From Candidatus Poribacteria bacterium (GTDB lineage: Bacteria; Poribacteria; WGA-4E; UBA9662), in assembly GCA_036339735.1 (NCBI GenBank), contig JAYZAL010000079.1, positions 1 through 64,000 on the forward strand: a DNA stretch of 64,000 nt, written 5' to 3'. Shown here piece after piece: positions 40,096-51,048 of this stretch. The first letter of the stretch is position 1, and every line of letters starts with the position of its first letter. The position numbers and the translations under genes are program-made. The notes beneath the pieces were generated by a model. That model did not search any database. It was not told the DNA's origin and saw only the letters and a program-made list of their open reading frames with translations.

Positions 40096-42078
40096 ATGCA
40101 GCACCGAATTTGGGGAGCAATTCTTGTTGCTTTCACTCTAATTAGCGCTGGGTGCGATAGAATCCCAATAGGGAAGAAAAAACAGGATACAGAACACAAA
40201 ACTGAAATGGTTCGTGTTGGTGAATTTAGAGTAAAGATTCGAGAAACTGGTAACTTGGAGCCATTAGTTTCCGTTGAGGTCAAATCAAATGTGTCTGGCG
40301 AGATTGAACAACTGCTGATCGAAGAAGGTGATTATGTTGAAAAAGGCCAAGAACTCTTACGTCTTGATGATGAGCAAGTTTCTGAGCGAAGAAAGCAGGC
40401 GCAAGCAAATCTTGGATCTTCCAGAGCTTCTTTGGAACAGGCTCGATCACAAACTTTTTTGACCGAAAAACGACAATCCAGTGATATCCAACAACTCAAA
40501 AATGCTGTTAAATCGGCAGAGGCCACTTTAGCTTCTGTGGAAGCTACTGCTACGCAGCAATTGAGCAGTGCTAAAACTGATATTGAACGTAGCAGAAATA
40601 TGTTAGAGCAGGACCGGATTGCTCTTAGCCAAGCCAAAATAACTCTTCAACAAGCTGAAATTCAGCTCGAACAGAATCAAGCCAACGAATCCTCTGCGAA
40701 AATTGAATTTGATAATGTTAGTGCTGAATACGACAGACAAAAAGACTTATACACCAAAAAGTATGTTTCTAAAAAATCCTTAGAAGATGCTGAACTTCGT
40801 TTATCGCAGGTAAAATCCTCTTATCAAACTGCGCAGAAAAATGTAACTTCTCAGACCAAATCTATAGAATCTCAGAAGCGAAATATCGAAGCTCGAGATC
40901 GAGCTATTGCTAACAGGCAAGCAACTATTCGATTGCAAGAACAGAATCTAGGAACGATAAAGACATCACAAGAAGCCAATACAGAACGCAGCAAAGCTGA
41001 TTTAGAATCAGCCAAAATCCGATTACAGCAGGCACTTGAAACGGTTGAGCAAGAGACTTCGGTTAGTATAAATTCGGAGATTCAAGCACAGTCTGGATTA
41101 CTACGTGCCGAAAGTGCTTTGCAGTCAATTGACGATGAGCTTGGCTGGACTGTGGTTAAGGCTCCACTATCAGGCCGTGTCACGCGATTAGCATTTGAAG
41201 AAGGCGAGATTGTAATGGGATCCCGATCAGGTTATGGTTCTCAAGGCCCAGCTATTTTGGTCATTTCAGATCTGTCCAAAATGGTGGTAAAAACAAGGAT
41301 TAACGAAGCCGAAATTTCGAAAGTAGCCTTACGTCAGCAAGCAGAAATAACGATAGATGCATATCCTAATTTATTATTCAGTGGAGAAGTTACTGAAATT
41401 GCTCCGAGTGCAAATACGGGGCAAGGATCTAGTTCTTCTGGTGTAGTAGCCTTTGAAGTTGTTATCGAAATCGCGACTTCAGAATATGAACTTCTACCTG
41501 GAATGTCGGCGAATGTTGATATTATTGTTTTCGATGAAGCATCAGTTCTGCAATTACCGATTGAGGCTGTTATTGTGTCTGAAGTGCTAACTGCTAACGT
41601 GACAGTATCGAACGCAGATCTTGGTTTATTAGTACCGAATCAATCAATTACTATCGAAACACTAGTTGGGAAAAAATACGAATCTACAGTTGGTAAAATC
41701 AATGCAAATAGTGCCCGTCATAATGTTGAGGTTTTGCTTGATAAAAATTCAAATGGATTGCGGGTAGGACCAACATCTATACACTTAATCTCTGAAGGGA
41801 AATTTGACCTCCGTGATTTGTCAACAAATATTGAGGCTGAGCGAAAATACTTTGTTCAGCTCGATGATCCAAATGCCCCTAAACTCAAAAAAGGCAAGAC
41901 AAAAAAGCGACAGAGAAAAAAGGACAAAATCGAAGAATTGAAAGGAATCAAAACAAGAGTTGAGGTTGGCCAGCGAAATAATACGCATTTTGAAATTACC
42001 AGTGGCATTTCGAGTGGTGCAGTAGTTTACGTTCCTTCCTTAGATCAACTCACCCGGGACAATAGCTCAAAAAGATAA
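40096..42078 (+). CDS. Periplasmic adaptor (MacA/HlyD-type MFP) with a very long coiled coil
   Basis: Lipobox SAGC, VEVKSNVSGEI..L.IEEGD.V.KGQ, KAPLSG, LLPGMSANV. Confidence 0.88.
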   Translation: MQHRIWGAILVAFTLISAGCDRIPIGKKKQDTEHKTEMVRVGEFRVKIRETGNLEPLVSVEVKSNVSGEIEQLLIEEGDYVEKGQELLRLDDEQVSERRKQAQANLGSSRASLEQARSQTFLTEKRQSSDIQQLKNAVKSAEATLASVEATATQQLSSAKTDIERSRNMLEQDRIALSQAKITLQQAEIQLEQNQANESSAKIEFDNVSAEYDRQKDLYTKKYVSKKSLEDAELRLSQVKSSYQTAQKNVTSQTKSIESQKRNIEARDRAIANRQATIRLQEQNLGTIKTSQEANTERSKADLESAKIRLQQALETVEQETSVSINSEIQAQSGLLRAESALQSIDDELGWTVVKAPLSGRVTRLAFEEGEIVMGSRSGYGSQGPAILVISDLSKMVVKTRINEAEISKVALRQQAEITIDAYPNLLFSGEVTEIAPSANTGQGSSSSGVVAFEVVIEIATSEYELLPGMSANVDIIVFDEASVLQLPIEAVIVSEVLTANVTVSNADLGLLVPNQSITIETLVGKKYESTVGKINANSARHNVEVLLDKNSNGLRVGPTSIHLISEGKFDLRDLSTNIEAERKYFVQLDDPNAPKLKKGKTKKRQRKKDKIEELKGIKTRVEVGQRNNTHFEITSGISSGAVVYVPSLDQLTRDNSSKR

Positions 42079-42298
42079 TGACTATTATTCTAAATTGGAA
42101 CTTTAAACCTCACTTTCAGATCGCCATAAGACCCTGTTAGTGTTTTACTTGCTGTGTATTACTTTATTCCAGTAATAAAGACATTCGAGTATCTTCCTTC
42201 TCCTGTTGCTCTATACCGTTTTTTACGTACTACCTAATCATTTTCCGATGTATTACACTAATTTTATCGTTATAGAAAGGTTATGACAGATAGGCTAA

Positions 42299-44911
42299 TT
42301 AGTCGTTAGCTAATATCAATAATGGTTTGGTTGTTATGAACTGAGGTAAGTCTTTGGCTTTGTTTAGCGCTATGGATTTTTGATAGAACTTACCTACCAT
42401 TACCCGGTACCAAACTTGGCGAGAACCGGCAGTTGTAATTCTAGAAACCTGAATTGGCTGCGGTAAACTTACTTCTTCTAATCTTCGTGCCAGTTTTATT
42501 GCGTTTTGTTCATTTTGGAACGAGCCAACCAACAAAGTATAATACTCACCTTCCATTAACTGATCTTTTTCGCTGATGAAATCCGAAGAATGTGAAGTCT
42601 CATTCACAAGATCACTTTCTCTTGTGAGTAGAATAATATCAACTCTTCGGTTTCTTTGACGATTCGTATTGGAATTATTAGGCAAGAGCGGGGACTGTTC
42701 TCCTCGACCTATGGCTAATAATCTATCTGGATTTACCTGAAAATGGTCGATTAAATATTGTTGGACAACCTCGGCTCTTCGCTCAGATAGTTCTAGGTTA
42801 TAATTCGCATCCCCTACATCGTCAGTATGACCCTCAATTACTACTTTAGCCTCAGGATATGCAGCGATGGCTTGTGAGATCTCGCCTAGTTCTTTAACAT
42901 AACTTTCAATTTCTATTTCGTATGAGTCAGTATCAAACATAATACATGGGAGTGAAATCACTAACCCACGCTTTTCCTGCCGACTAGAGACTGTTCGTAG
43001 ATCAACAACGGAAATTGGGATGGTTTTTGTCTGACAGTTACCTGCTAAATCACAAAGGGTTGCAACGTAATGATATGTTTCTTTTTTATTGTTGCTCTCA
43101 GAAATAAGGGGGGGCATTTTAAGCTTCCAGAAAAATGGGTTAGGAGGAGAGCCGTACCCACTGGTTTCTTCTAAAACTTTTTTTCCATTTTGTACTAACC
43201 TAACTTCCCAATGAGCAATTGCGGAATCTTCACACCTAAAGTCAATTCCAGGCCGATGACTTGCGTGGCCTTCTACAGACAGAGCGTCATTTACCAAAAT
43301 AATTGGTTCCGCCGATAAACTAAAAGTTGGAGCAACAGTATCAATAATGATGGTTGTTCTGCTATGTTCTACCTTTTCCCCATTTGGCTTCTGCCAAATG
43401 ATCTTTGCTGTATATTGGCCATCTGCTAATGGGTTCTGAGCAAAATTGGTTCCATCCCAGAGCACTTGGTAGCCATTGGTATTTTGGCGAAAGTGAGTAT
43501 ACTTCTGAACAATTCTCCGATATTCATCCCTTATTTCTAGCATCCAGCTATCTGTTTTTTGATTGTTTTCAATTCCTTTAGACGAAGCCCCAAATGTAAA
43601 AGTCACAACATTACTATCTCCATTTAGGCTAGGCGAAAAAATCGATGGGGACGCTATCAGACGTGAACTAAAGTCGAGTGGAGTTGGCAATGAATTAGTT
43701 GTAATAGTTTCAGCTGATCGTATCGGGTTTGGCTCATCATCAATGATAATCTCTCCTATCTCCACTTTCTGATTCTTCTTTTGGCCCCAATTTATGGTAG
43801 CGGTAATCCAATGATCAATTGTTTGAGGCAAATGAGACCATCGAGTATAGGCGTACTCCAATCTCAAGGTTGCTATGGTTCCTCTACTTTTTGATTGCAA
43901 ATTACCAGTCTGAAAGGTTGCACCAATCTGATAAGGGTAGCTTAAATTAGATTTGGATTTCTGGGTTGGAATAGTTAACCCGGCACGCAAGGCGAAGTAG
44001 CCATCAGAAACTTTAATTCCCAGATTGTTCGCTTTAAACAGAGAATTAGGTAATGCAAAGAACCACTGTTCAATACCAAGTTGTACTTTATTGTTGTTAT
44101 TCACCGATGTACCCAAATTCCAACTAGCAGATAGATGAGTTCGAGGTGTGAGATGATAGATCGATCCAAGTTGAGCGAAAGGATTTGTCCGACCATTATT
44201 CTCTTTAGCTAAATTTCCCAGATCCATTAATGCGAAATCGAAGGTTGCAGTTCGGTTCATCCATAAAAAGTTCGGTTGGCGATAGTGTACTCCCAAATCT
44301 AGAGCCATATGAGCATTCATTGTGGCTATTGATTCATTGGAATCAATGTTAAATGGCTGATTTGAAGTTCTAAAGTATCGAATTGTTGAACCTATACCGA
44401 GTTGTGCACTCCAAGGAATACCGTAGCTAACTGCTGTACCAATTTGATGCTTTGACAGATTAGTTGGTTGACCAGACCAATCTTCTCGCCAAACAGCAAC
44501 AGAAACGCCACCTGCAGAACTTAGATTGAACTGTTTCCCGCTAGCTGTAGCAGAAATACCGCTAGCACGCCTGATCGGAACGTAGCTCCTCGTATCTTGA
44601 GGTTGGGATAGGATTGGTGTACCAATTAAAGTAATTTGGCTTTTTTCAAAAAAAGCCAAATTGGCAGGGTTCCACAGGAAGCCATCAGAAATTTGTATGT
44701 TTTCGGCTAACCCTCCAAGGTGTGCGTTGATAGAGACTATTCGCCGGCTATTATCGAAATCAGACGCGCTTTTACTTCCCGCTAGTACCCCTGTGAACGC
44801 CGAAAAAAATGTTATCCAAATAAGCGACCAGATGAACCAACTAAGAATCCCAAAATACTGTATACAGGGATCTTTCATACTCAATTGGCTTACCCCACAT
44901 TTCTTTAACAC
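42299..44911 (-). CDS. Multidomain envelope protein: PorV-like barrel, FlgD-Ig, OmpA-like and SPOR domains
   Basis: LWNPANLA; FSP...GDS, WDG......LADGQY; IEGHTDDVG..YN..LSERRA..NRRV; YTLLVGSFQN..NA..WYRV.VG.F. Confidence 0.8.
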   Translation of the reverse strand: MLKKCGVSQLSMKDPCIQYFGILSWFIWSLIWITFFSAFTGVLAGSKSASDFDNSRRIVSINAHLGGLAENIQISDGFLWNPANLAFFEKSQITLIGTPILSQPQDTRSYVPIRRASGISATASGKQFNLSSAGGVSVAVWREDWSGQPTNLSKHQIGTAVSYGIPWSAQLGIGSTIRYFRTSNQPFNIDSNESIATMNAHMALDLGVHYRQPNFLWMNRTATFDFALMDLGNLAKENNGRTNPFAQLGSIYHLTPRTHLSASWNLGTSVNNNNKVQLGIEQWFFALPNSLFKANNLGIKVSDGYFALRAGLTIPTQKSKSNLSYPYQIGATFQTGNLQSKSRGTIATLRLEYAYTRWSHLPQTIDHWITATINWGQKKNQKVEIGEIIIDDEPNPIRSAETITTNSLPTPLDFSSRLIASPSIFSPSLNGDSNVVTFTFGASSKGIENNQKTDSWMLEIRDEYRRIVQKYTHFRQNTNGYQVLWDGTNFAQNPLADGQYTAKIIWQKPNGEKVEHSRTTIIIDTVAPTFSLSAEPIILVNDALSVEGHASHRPGIDFRCEDSAIAHWEVRLVQNGKKVLEETSGYGSPPNPFFWKLKMPPLISESNNKKETYHYVATLCDLAGNCQTKTIPISVVDLRTVSSRQEKRGLVISLPCIMFDTDSYEIEIESYVKELGEISQAIAAYPEAKVVIEGHTDDVGDANYNLELSERRAEVVQQYLIDHFQVNPDRLLAIGRGEQSPLLPNNSNTNRQRNRRVDIILLTRESDLVNETSHSSDFISEKDQLMEGEYYTLLVGSFQNEQNAIKLARRLEEVSLPQPIQVSRITTAGSRQVWYRVMVGKFYQKSIALNKAKDLPQFITTKPLLILAND

Positions 44912-44940
44912 TTCAGTATACTTCTGTTGGTTAAAGACTG

Positions 44941-47517
44941 TTATTCGGATGATGTTTTAGAAAATCGAATGCTGAGTTGAATCACTTTCTGTTGAGCTTG
45001 GCTAAGAGTAATTTGATGGATTGGCTTTTGCCATTTATACGTGTATTCGGCACCCACACAAGCAGTTTCAGTAGGTAAATAATCATCGGGTAAATGAAGA
45101 AAAATATCACCTTTTTCTCGTGGTGCCCGGCAAACCAACAAAAAGGTCTGTCGATCTTCATCCCAGCCAGCTGATAATACATCAGCACCACCTTGCGAAA
45201 AATGAAGATTAGTTGCAAGTAGTTGTGGAATATCTTTTTTCAATCGAATACAAAATAAACGTCCTGATTGAGGAGGAACATCCATCAATGTCACACTGTT
45301 TTGTACGGTTCCTAAAAATTGACAATTCCAAAAATCATGCATTAAGTAATTTTTTGACTTATCTAACCCAATATCAGCTAGACCAAATGTTATTTGGTCT
45401 GTATATTCCTGCCAATTAAATATTCCTAAAATATTCCAGGTTTCGTTCGTAGCCAACTTTTTATCGAGAGCTTTTTTATCGAATGAGGTTTGGTCGACCG
45501 GTAAGTTCCAAATCTGTGGATAGTGGCTTACGGGGTTAGTCCCGGCATTTAAATTAATCGATTTTGCTGGGCCTAATGATAGTGGAAACAGTTTGTCCAA
45601 TATTTCTAAACGCTCAGGCTTCATCTGGTCAAGTTCGTCATTAATTGTGATTGAACCACCAGCAATAGCCGCAAGTGTTGCCGTCAAATGAACATCGTTG
45701 GCCGGATTTGGCTCATCAATAGTAATAGCTCCCAACTCTGCGTTCCAAATTGATTGATTTAGAGGTAAATATTTTGCAAAATTAAACATCGTTTGTTTAA
45801 TATCTCGACGTGAAATCCATAACTGATCACCAATAGTTTCTTGGCTAACAAATTGGTGCCCAGAAAAGAAGCCTGAACTAAGAACGAAAGGTGAGTGTTC
45901 TCCAATCAATTTAACCTCATGATTGCAGTTTTCAACTATCGATACCAGTAGTTCTAGTCCCTTCTTATATAGTTCTACCGATGTTAATGATTTGTTATTC
46001 CAAGTGAAATTTTCTGGATTTTTTAATGGCCCCTGAACATATGGCAAAACGTCAATATACAGGCGGTCAATTCGACAATCATCAACAAGACTTTGCACCT
46101 GTTGGCTAATTTTTTCTTTGGCCGCTGGTTGCGATAGATCAAGTAAGCCAACCTCCAAACCACTTCCAGGTAAGAACAGTGTTGTCTTCCTCTGTCGTTC
46201 GTCGGTAAGTAAAAGGTCATCAGCGTTGTTTGTTGATTCATCGGAAGTTAATAAACAGAACGGAGAAAATCTTAAGCTAGCCTTCAGTCCCCTCTTGTGT
46301 AGCTCAGGCACAGTATTCTTTAGCATGGTCAAAAGTTGATCGTTCGCCGTCAATTTGACATCTTTATTGCGTTTAGGGTCTTTATCAAAACCTATATCAT
46401 CGTTAGCAAACAAACTCGGTAGTGATGCTAATTGAACGTATTCCACGTCATCCAAATAACCAGATTGTTTTTGGTTACCGATAAAATCAATTTTTTTTCT
46501 GATATCCTTGTTAATAGATGTCTTCTGAAAACCTTGATGTGAAGTTTTACTTTGTAAATTCCAGCTTGACCTTGGTGGCATCTTAGCTAAACTAGTTTCT
46601 GCCCCAGAGGAACGTCTCAATGTGGATAATTTACTAATTAGGTGAGCATAATTTTCGAAGGAAGATACTGGATCTTGACTGAAATTCAAATATATTGACT
46701 CTGAACTAACTTCCGTGGCGCGGCTGTTCTTCCTTCGCCCACGGTAGCCTGAATGGTTACCGGCCAAATTGTTACTAGGACAGATGGCATTTTCACAATT
46801 GTGGTAGATTGACCAATCATCGATTCCCAGATCCCCATTTTCGTCGGGGGTTGTTTGACCTTTGTACCCAATTTGAACTGACGACCACCATTTTTGGGTG
46901 GTCAAAAAACCAAAAGATAACGATTTTTTGCTCTCTGGGTGGTAAAATTCACCATGGTAGCATGGAAAGCTGTCGTGGTTTTGGTTAACTTCTACACCTT
47001 TGTATAAAGACGAAATCTCATTTTTGTAAAGCGGGTGAGTATCTAAAAATAATTGATACGATTCTGGTTTACCCGACAGGTATAGTCCACCAGACGTTTC
47101 ACTTGCTTGAGTTAAAGGTGAAGTATTAATTAGGTCAATTTGGCTAAGTCTAATCTGTTTTGGAGACAGATTTTGAACTCCCACAGAAAAAACTAGATAA
47201 GGTTGATCGAAATAGCATTTCAAGTGAAGGTTGATTTTAAGTTTTCGTGAACGAGATTCGTGGGAAAAAGTAACTTGCTGGTATCGGCCCAAAATATCAT
47301 CATTTGGTTGCCGAGTGGTAAATTTCCGGTATTTTGCATCCACAGTTGTCAAAAACGTACCATTATTCAGTATTATCTTTGTATATGCGTTTCTTATAAC
47401 ACCATATCCATCTCTATCATGGTAATGCCAAGTACCAGTTGAGAGGTCAAAATTGATCTGATAGTGTGCAGATTGTACTATCGCTAAATTGCCTCGGCGT
47501 TCAAACATTAAGCTCAT
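44941..47517 (-). CDS. Alpha-galactosidase-like (GH36/27 clan D) protein, possibly degenerate
   Basis: LDLSQP, YID, GGSI.I.D.L, LGIFNW, HDFW, PQLLATNLHFSQG. Confidence 0.6.
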   Translation of the reverse strand: MSLMFERRGNLAIVQSAHYQINFDLSTGTWHYHDRDGYGVIRNAYTKIILNNGTFLTTVDAKYRKFTTRQPNDDILGRYQQVTFSHESRSRKLKINLHLKCYFDQPYLVFSVGVQNLSPKQIRLSQIDLINTSPLTQASETSGGLYLSGKPESYQLFLDTHPLYKNEISSLYKGVEVNQNHDSFPCYHGEFYHPESKKSLSFGFLTTQKWWSSVQIGYKGQTTPDENGDLGIDDWSIYHNCENAICPSNNLAGNHSGYRGRRKNSRATEVSSESIYLNFSQDPVSSFENYAHLISKLSTLRRSSGAETSLAKMPPRSSWNLQSKTSHQGFQKTSINKDIRKKIDFIGNQKQSGYLDDVEYVQLASLPSLFANDDIGFDKDPKRNKDVKLTANDQLLTMLKNTVPELHKRGLKASLRFSPFCLLTSDESTNNADDLLLTDERQRKTTLFLPGSGLEVGLLDLSQPAAKEKISQQVQSLVDDCRIDRLYIDVLPYVQGPLKNPENFTWNNKSLTSVELYKKGLELLVSIVENCNHEVKLIGEHSPFVLSSGFFSGHQFVSQETIGDQLWISRRDIKQTMFNFAKYLPLNQSIWNAELGAITIDEPNPANDVHLTATLAAIAGGSITINDELDQMKPERLEILDKLFPLSLGPAKSINLNAGTNPVSHYPQIWNLPVDQTSFDKKALDKKLATNETWNILGIFNWQEYTDQITFGLADIGLDKSKNYLMHDFWNCQFLGTVQNSVTLMDVPPQSGRLFCIRLKKDIPQLLATNLHFSQGGADVLSAGWDEDRQTFLLVCRAPREKGDIFLHLPDDYLPTETACVGAEYTYKWQKPIHQITLSQAQQKVIQLSIRFSKTSSE

Positions 47518-47547
47518 TTATTATAGTTCCTATGTATACTACTAATC

Positions 47548-48294
47548 CTAATCTTCAAAAGGCAAACTGCGGCAATATACTATTTTTGTCAATTGATTTT
47601 TATCATTACTAACTGTTGCCGTCAGTTCAAAAGTTTCATTAGCATTTAAGAAAATTACGTCTTTGAAGGTTAGTTCCCATTCTTTTTCTTTCGATTTCAC
47701 GTAAGCTGATCCCTCAATAATAACGTAAATCGACTCAGTATGCTGTGGTTGGTGTTTGAATGACTGTTCAGCTTCTAGTTGAATAAAATCTAACGAAAGG
47801 TATTTTGCCCCTTTCTTATCTGAAATGACATTTCTCCAATTCCCTGGACGACCAAAAATTGGCCCCCCCTTGCTCATTTCGATTACTTGTACATCGCTGA
47901 TGTGCCCAACTTCAGGCCTTGGTGATTGACCAGAAGCATGATTTCGCTCCCCTCGATAGAGAGCCATGTCAGGTGGTGCTTGAAAGCTCATCATTCTGGC
48001 AGGTTGGCTGGTTGTATTTTTAGTTCCATGAACTTCACCTGCTGGAACAAACATCATTTCGCCAGCCATGATTGGAGTGTATGTGTTCCCTTGCCGAATC
48101 GCCCCCCCTCCCTCGAGACAAATGATAGCATCTTCTGACTGATCGTGAATGTGCTGTGTGAATTCTTGGCCAGGTGCGTGGATGCCATGATTGAGCGTGA
48201 TTTGGGTTGCTCCCATTTCTGGATGGACAACCCGCCAGTTTTTCCCGTCCCCCATTTCAAAAAAAATACCGTCTTCCAAATTAAGGATTTGCAT
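47548..48294 (-). CDS. Bicupin protein
   Basis: HIHDQSE...GEVH; second cupin H...ESIYVIIEG. Confidence 0.8.
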   Translation of the reverse strand: MQILNLEDGIFFEMGDGKNWRVVHPEMGATQITLNHGIHAPGQEFTQHIHDQSEDAIICLEGGGAIRQGNTYTPIMAGEMMFVPAGEVHGTKNTTSQPARMMSFQAPPDMALYRGERNHASGQSPRPEVGHISDVQVIEMSKGGPIFGRPGNWRNVISDKKGAKYLSLDFIQLEAEQSFKHQPQHTESIYVIIEGSAYVKSKEKEWELTFKDVIFLNANETFELTATVSNDKNQLTKIVYCRSLPFED

Positions 48295-48352
48295 AACCTC
48301 TTCCTATTTATCTCTTCTTACCAGTCAAAATTACCAAAAACCCATCCCACTA

Positions 48353-49132
48353 TTACCACGTACTTCTGACAGTAATGTCCTGCTGTGCTAAATGGTTTTT
48401 AATACTATTAATTGAGAACTCTCCATAGTGTGTGATTGATGCTACAATTGCGGCATCAGCCTGACTCTCTACAAATACATCCCTCAAGTGTTGTGGGTGT
48501 CCGGCTCCACCAGAAGCAATAACAGGTACTGATACTGTCTCAGAAATCTGTTTGGTCAGTTTCAATTCGTACCCAGCCTTAGTTCCATCTTGGTCAATGC
48601 TATTAACAACAATTTCTCCTGCGCCAAGTTCCACACCTTTTTTTGCCCATTCAATAGCATCAATTCCCATGGGCCTTCTTGCACCGTCGATGTAAATTTC
48701 ATATCCACTGGGAATCTTTGGACTAACAGATACATTTTTCACTTGCATGCTTAGAACAATACATTGACTACCGAAGGCCTTAGCACCTTGAGCAATTAAG
48801 TCAGGATTCCGAACAGCCCCAGAATCAATGGAAACCTTCTCCGCACCAGCCCACAAAACTTTACGCATATCGTCCAAGGTTCTCAAACCACCTCCCACAG
48901 AGAAAGGAATGAATATTTGGTTTGCTACAGCAGAAACGACGTTGATCATAATATCACGTTGCTCATTGCTGGCGGTTATGTCGTAGAATACCAGTTCATC
49001 TGCTCCATTTTCGTAATAAAAATGGGCCATATCGACGGGGTCACCTATGTTAGCGTTACCTTGAAAAGCTATACCTTTCGTGACTTGTCCCTCTCGAACG
49101 TCAAGACAAGGTATGATGCGTTTGGTTACCAT
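48353..49132 (-). CDS. hisF: Imidazole glycerol phosphate synthase cyclase subunit
   Basis: [42 protein letters not shown]. Confidence 0.97.
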   Translation of the reverse strand: MVTKRIIPCLDVREGQVTKGIAFQGNANIGDPVDMAHFYYENGADELVFYDITASNEQRDIMINVVSAVANQIFIPFSVGGGLRTLDDMRKVLWAGAEKVSIDSGAVRNPDLIAQGAKAFGSQCIVLSMQVKNVSVSPKIPSGYEIYIDGARRPMGIDAIEWAKKGVELGAGEIVVNSIDQDGTKAGYELKLTKQISETVSVPVIASGGAGHPQHLRDVFVESQADAAIVASITHYGEFSINSIKNHLAQQDITVRSTW

Positions 49133-49887
49133 TTATCTTTTTCAACTAAATCTAAAAATTCAAGACTTTTCAGTCGTTTATGAGTATGGAAACTAATCAA
49201 GGACGACAAAACAAACCTCATTTCTTTGTGGTTTCGTTGACTAGCATGAATGCGTTTTAGTCGGTCAAAATTGGTTTCTTGAACTCTCCTCATCAACTCA
49301 CAACTGCCACGGGATAAAGAAACTAATTGAGGTGTACTACAACTCGTACAGATAATTTCGCCAGATTGATCGTAATAATGGAGGTTAACATCTTCAACCG
49401 TAAAGAATCTTCCACAGGCACCACAACGGGTGAAATCTGGAGCATAACCGGAAATCTGTAACATTTGCAATTCAAAAGCACGGGCAAAAAGTCTTAGATC
49501 AGTCATCTTTTCGAGACTCCGGAAGGCACGAGTAAGCAAAAGAAAAACATCCGGATTATCCGCTCCGTCAGATTCCATAGCATCCACTAATTCAGAAAAA
49601 TAGCAAGCGTAAGTAAATAGGTTAAAGTTAGTCTTTATTCGATCAAAGTTATCAATGAGATCAAATTCGCGAACTGATTGAAGCTCACGATTAGCTTTTT
49701 CATTGTAAATCAACTCACCACGATTAAGAAGATCAAGTTGACCTCGAAATTTGCTCTTCGCACTTCGAACGCCTCTAGCCACGGCTCGTACTTTACCAAA
49801 ATCCTGAGTGTAAAAAACACAAATCACGGATGATTCACTTAGGGGGTAAGTACGGATCAAGAAGGCTTCTGTTTGACGAATTGCCAT
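49126..49887 (-). CDS. recO: DNA repair protein RecO
   Basis: N-terminal OB fold ([11 protein letters not shown]), FEL..L...GY.P, CxxC/CxxC, LKSLEF. Confidence 0.92.
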   Translation of the reverse strand: MAIRQTEAFLIRTYPLSESSVICVFYTQDFGKVRAVARGVRSAKSKFRGQLDLLNRGELIYNEKANRELQSVREFDLIDNFDRIKTNFNLFTYACYFSELVDAMESDGADNPDVFLLLTRAFRSLEKMTDLRLFARAFELQMLQISGYAPDFTRCGACGRFFTVEDVNLHYYDQSGEIICTSCSTPQLVSLSRGSCELMRRVQETNFDRLKRIHASQRNHKEMRFVLSSLISFHTHKRLKSLEFLDLVEKDKW

Positions 49888-49960
49888 GAGGGGTGGATAA
49901 GCTTACAACGAATTGACACTACGTTGTGTCGGTGCCAGCGGCTTGTTGGATAAAGTATGG

Positions 49961-50036
<76 letters not shown>

Positions 50037-50219
50037 ATACAACTTCCGAGCCAGCTAAATCTGAATCCAGCAACAACTACCTAAGGCAATAATCACGCAA
50101 CCAGCCAACTAACCGAACGGATGTTAACTCTATCATACTAACCTGTACATAGTCAAGACGGGCTTCTATTTGCAATGTTTTGACATGCCCTTGTAGCTTG
50201 AAGGAATATTCTTCTTGTG

Positions 50220-50921
50220 TTAGAATGGTAAAGGCGGTTGTGCGTTTTCTTCAGGGGACGATTTTATACAGTCGAGGTCGTCGTTCCCAGGTGAGTTCAC
50301 ACGTTTAGAAACAGGATAAGCAATCAAATCATCATCCTGGTAGGGCCTGAGTAAATCGACTAAATCTTCTGGTCTACAATTCCTTGAGGATAGCCATCGG
50401 TCGTGGTTCTCTGTCTCGATAATGACTGGCATTCGGTGGTGTAGGTTGCTCATGAATTTGTTAGCGCGAGTGTTGATGATTGTGCAAGACTTTATTTCAG
50501 CATTACCATTGGGTGGCAACCAACTCTCCCACAAACCAGCAAAGGTGAATACTTCGTTTGAACTGAGATGAATATAGAAGGGGGTTTTGCTTCCGTCCTT
50601 GTTTTTTACCCACTCGTAAAACCCGTCAGCTAGAATTAGACATCTCTGTTTTTGATAAGGTATTTTAAAGGACATTTTTTCGGCTAATGTTTCGCTTCGA
50701 GCGTTAATCATTCGGTTGCCGACCGATTGGGACTTTGCCCAGTAAGGTATAAGCCCCCAGCGAAAGTTGTGAACGTAATACCTATCATCATTCGACACAG
50801 CTAAAACGGATTGAGTTGGATAGATGTTGTAGCGAGGAGAATGGTCTTCTGAAAAAGAAAAGTGAGGAAAACTTTGAGTTAAGTCTGGAAAATTCGCAGT
50901 TAGCGTGTACCGACCACACAT
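50220..50921 (-). CDS. SOS response-associated peptidase (SRAP, YedK/HMCES family)
   Basis: MCGRY (catalytic Cys2 implies a start at 50921), RYNI.P, WGL.P.W, NARSET, GFYEW, H.RMPVI. Confidence 0.93.
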   Translation of the reverse strand: MCGRYTLTANFPDLTQSFPHFSFSEDHSPRYNIYPTQSVLAVSNDDRYYVHNFRWGLIPYWAKSQSVGNRMINARSETLAEKMSFKIPYQKQRCLILADGFYEWVKNKDGSKTPFYIHLSSNEVFTFAGLWESWLPPNGNAEIKSCTIINTRANKFMSNLHHRMPVIIETENHDRWLSSRNCRPEDLVDLLRPYQDDDLIAYPVSKRVNSPGNDDLDCIKSSPEENAQPPLPF

Positions 50922-51048
50922 ATGAGACACCTACGTTTATGTCTTGACTAATCCGTCTTGAATTTTAGCATAACAACCTGTTTCCCATCAAATACCCCAT
51001 AAAAATTCTTATAGGTAAAAAAATAAATGGTTATATGGTGTTTAATTC

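Noticed and set aside
49892-49954. Two DnaA-box-like 9-mers before recO
   Set aside because: Both are mismatched, too few, and there is no origin context
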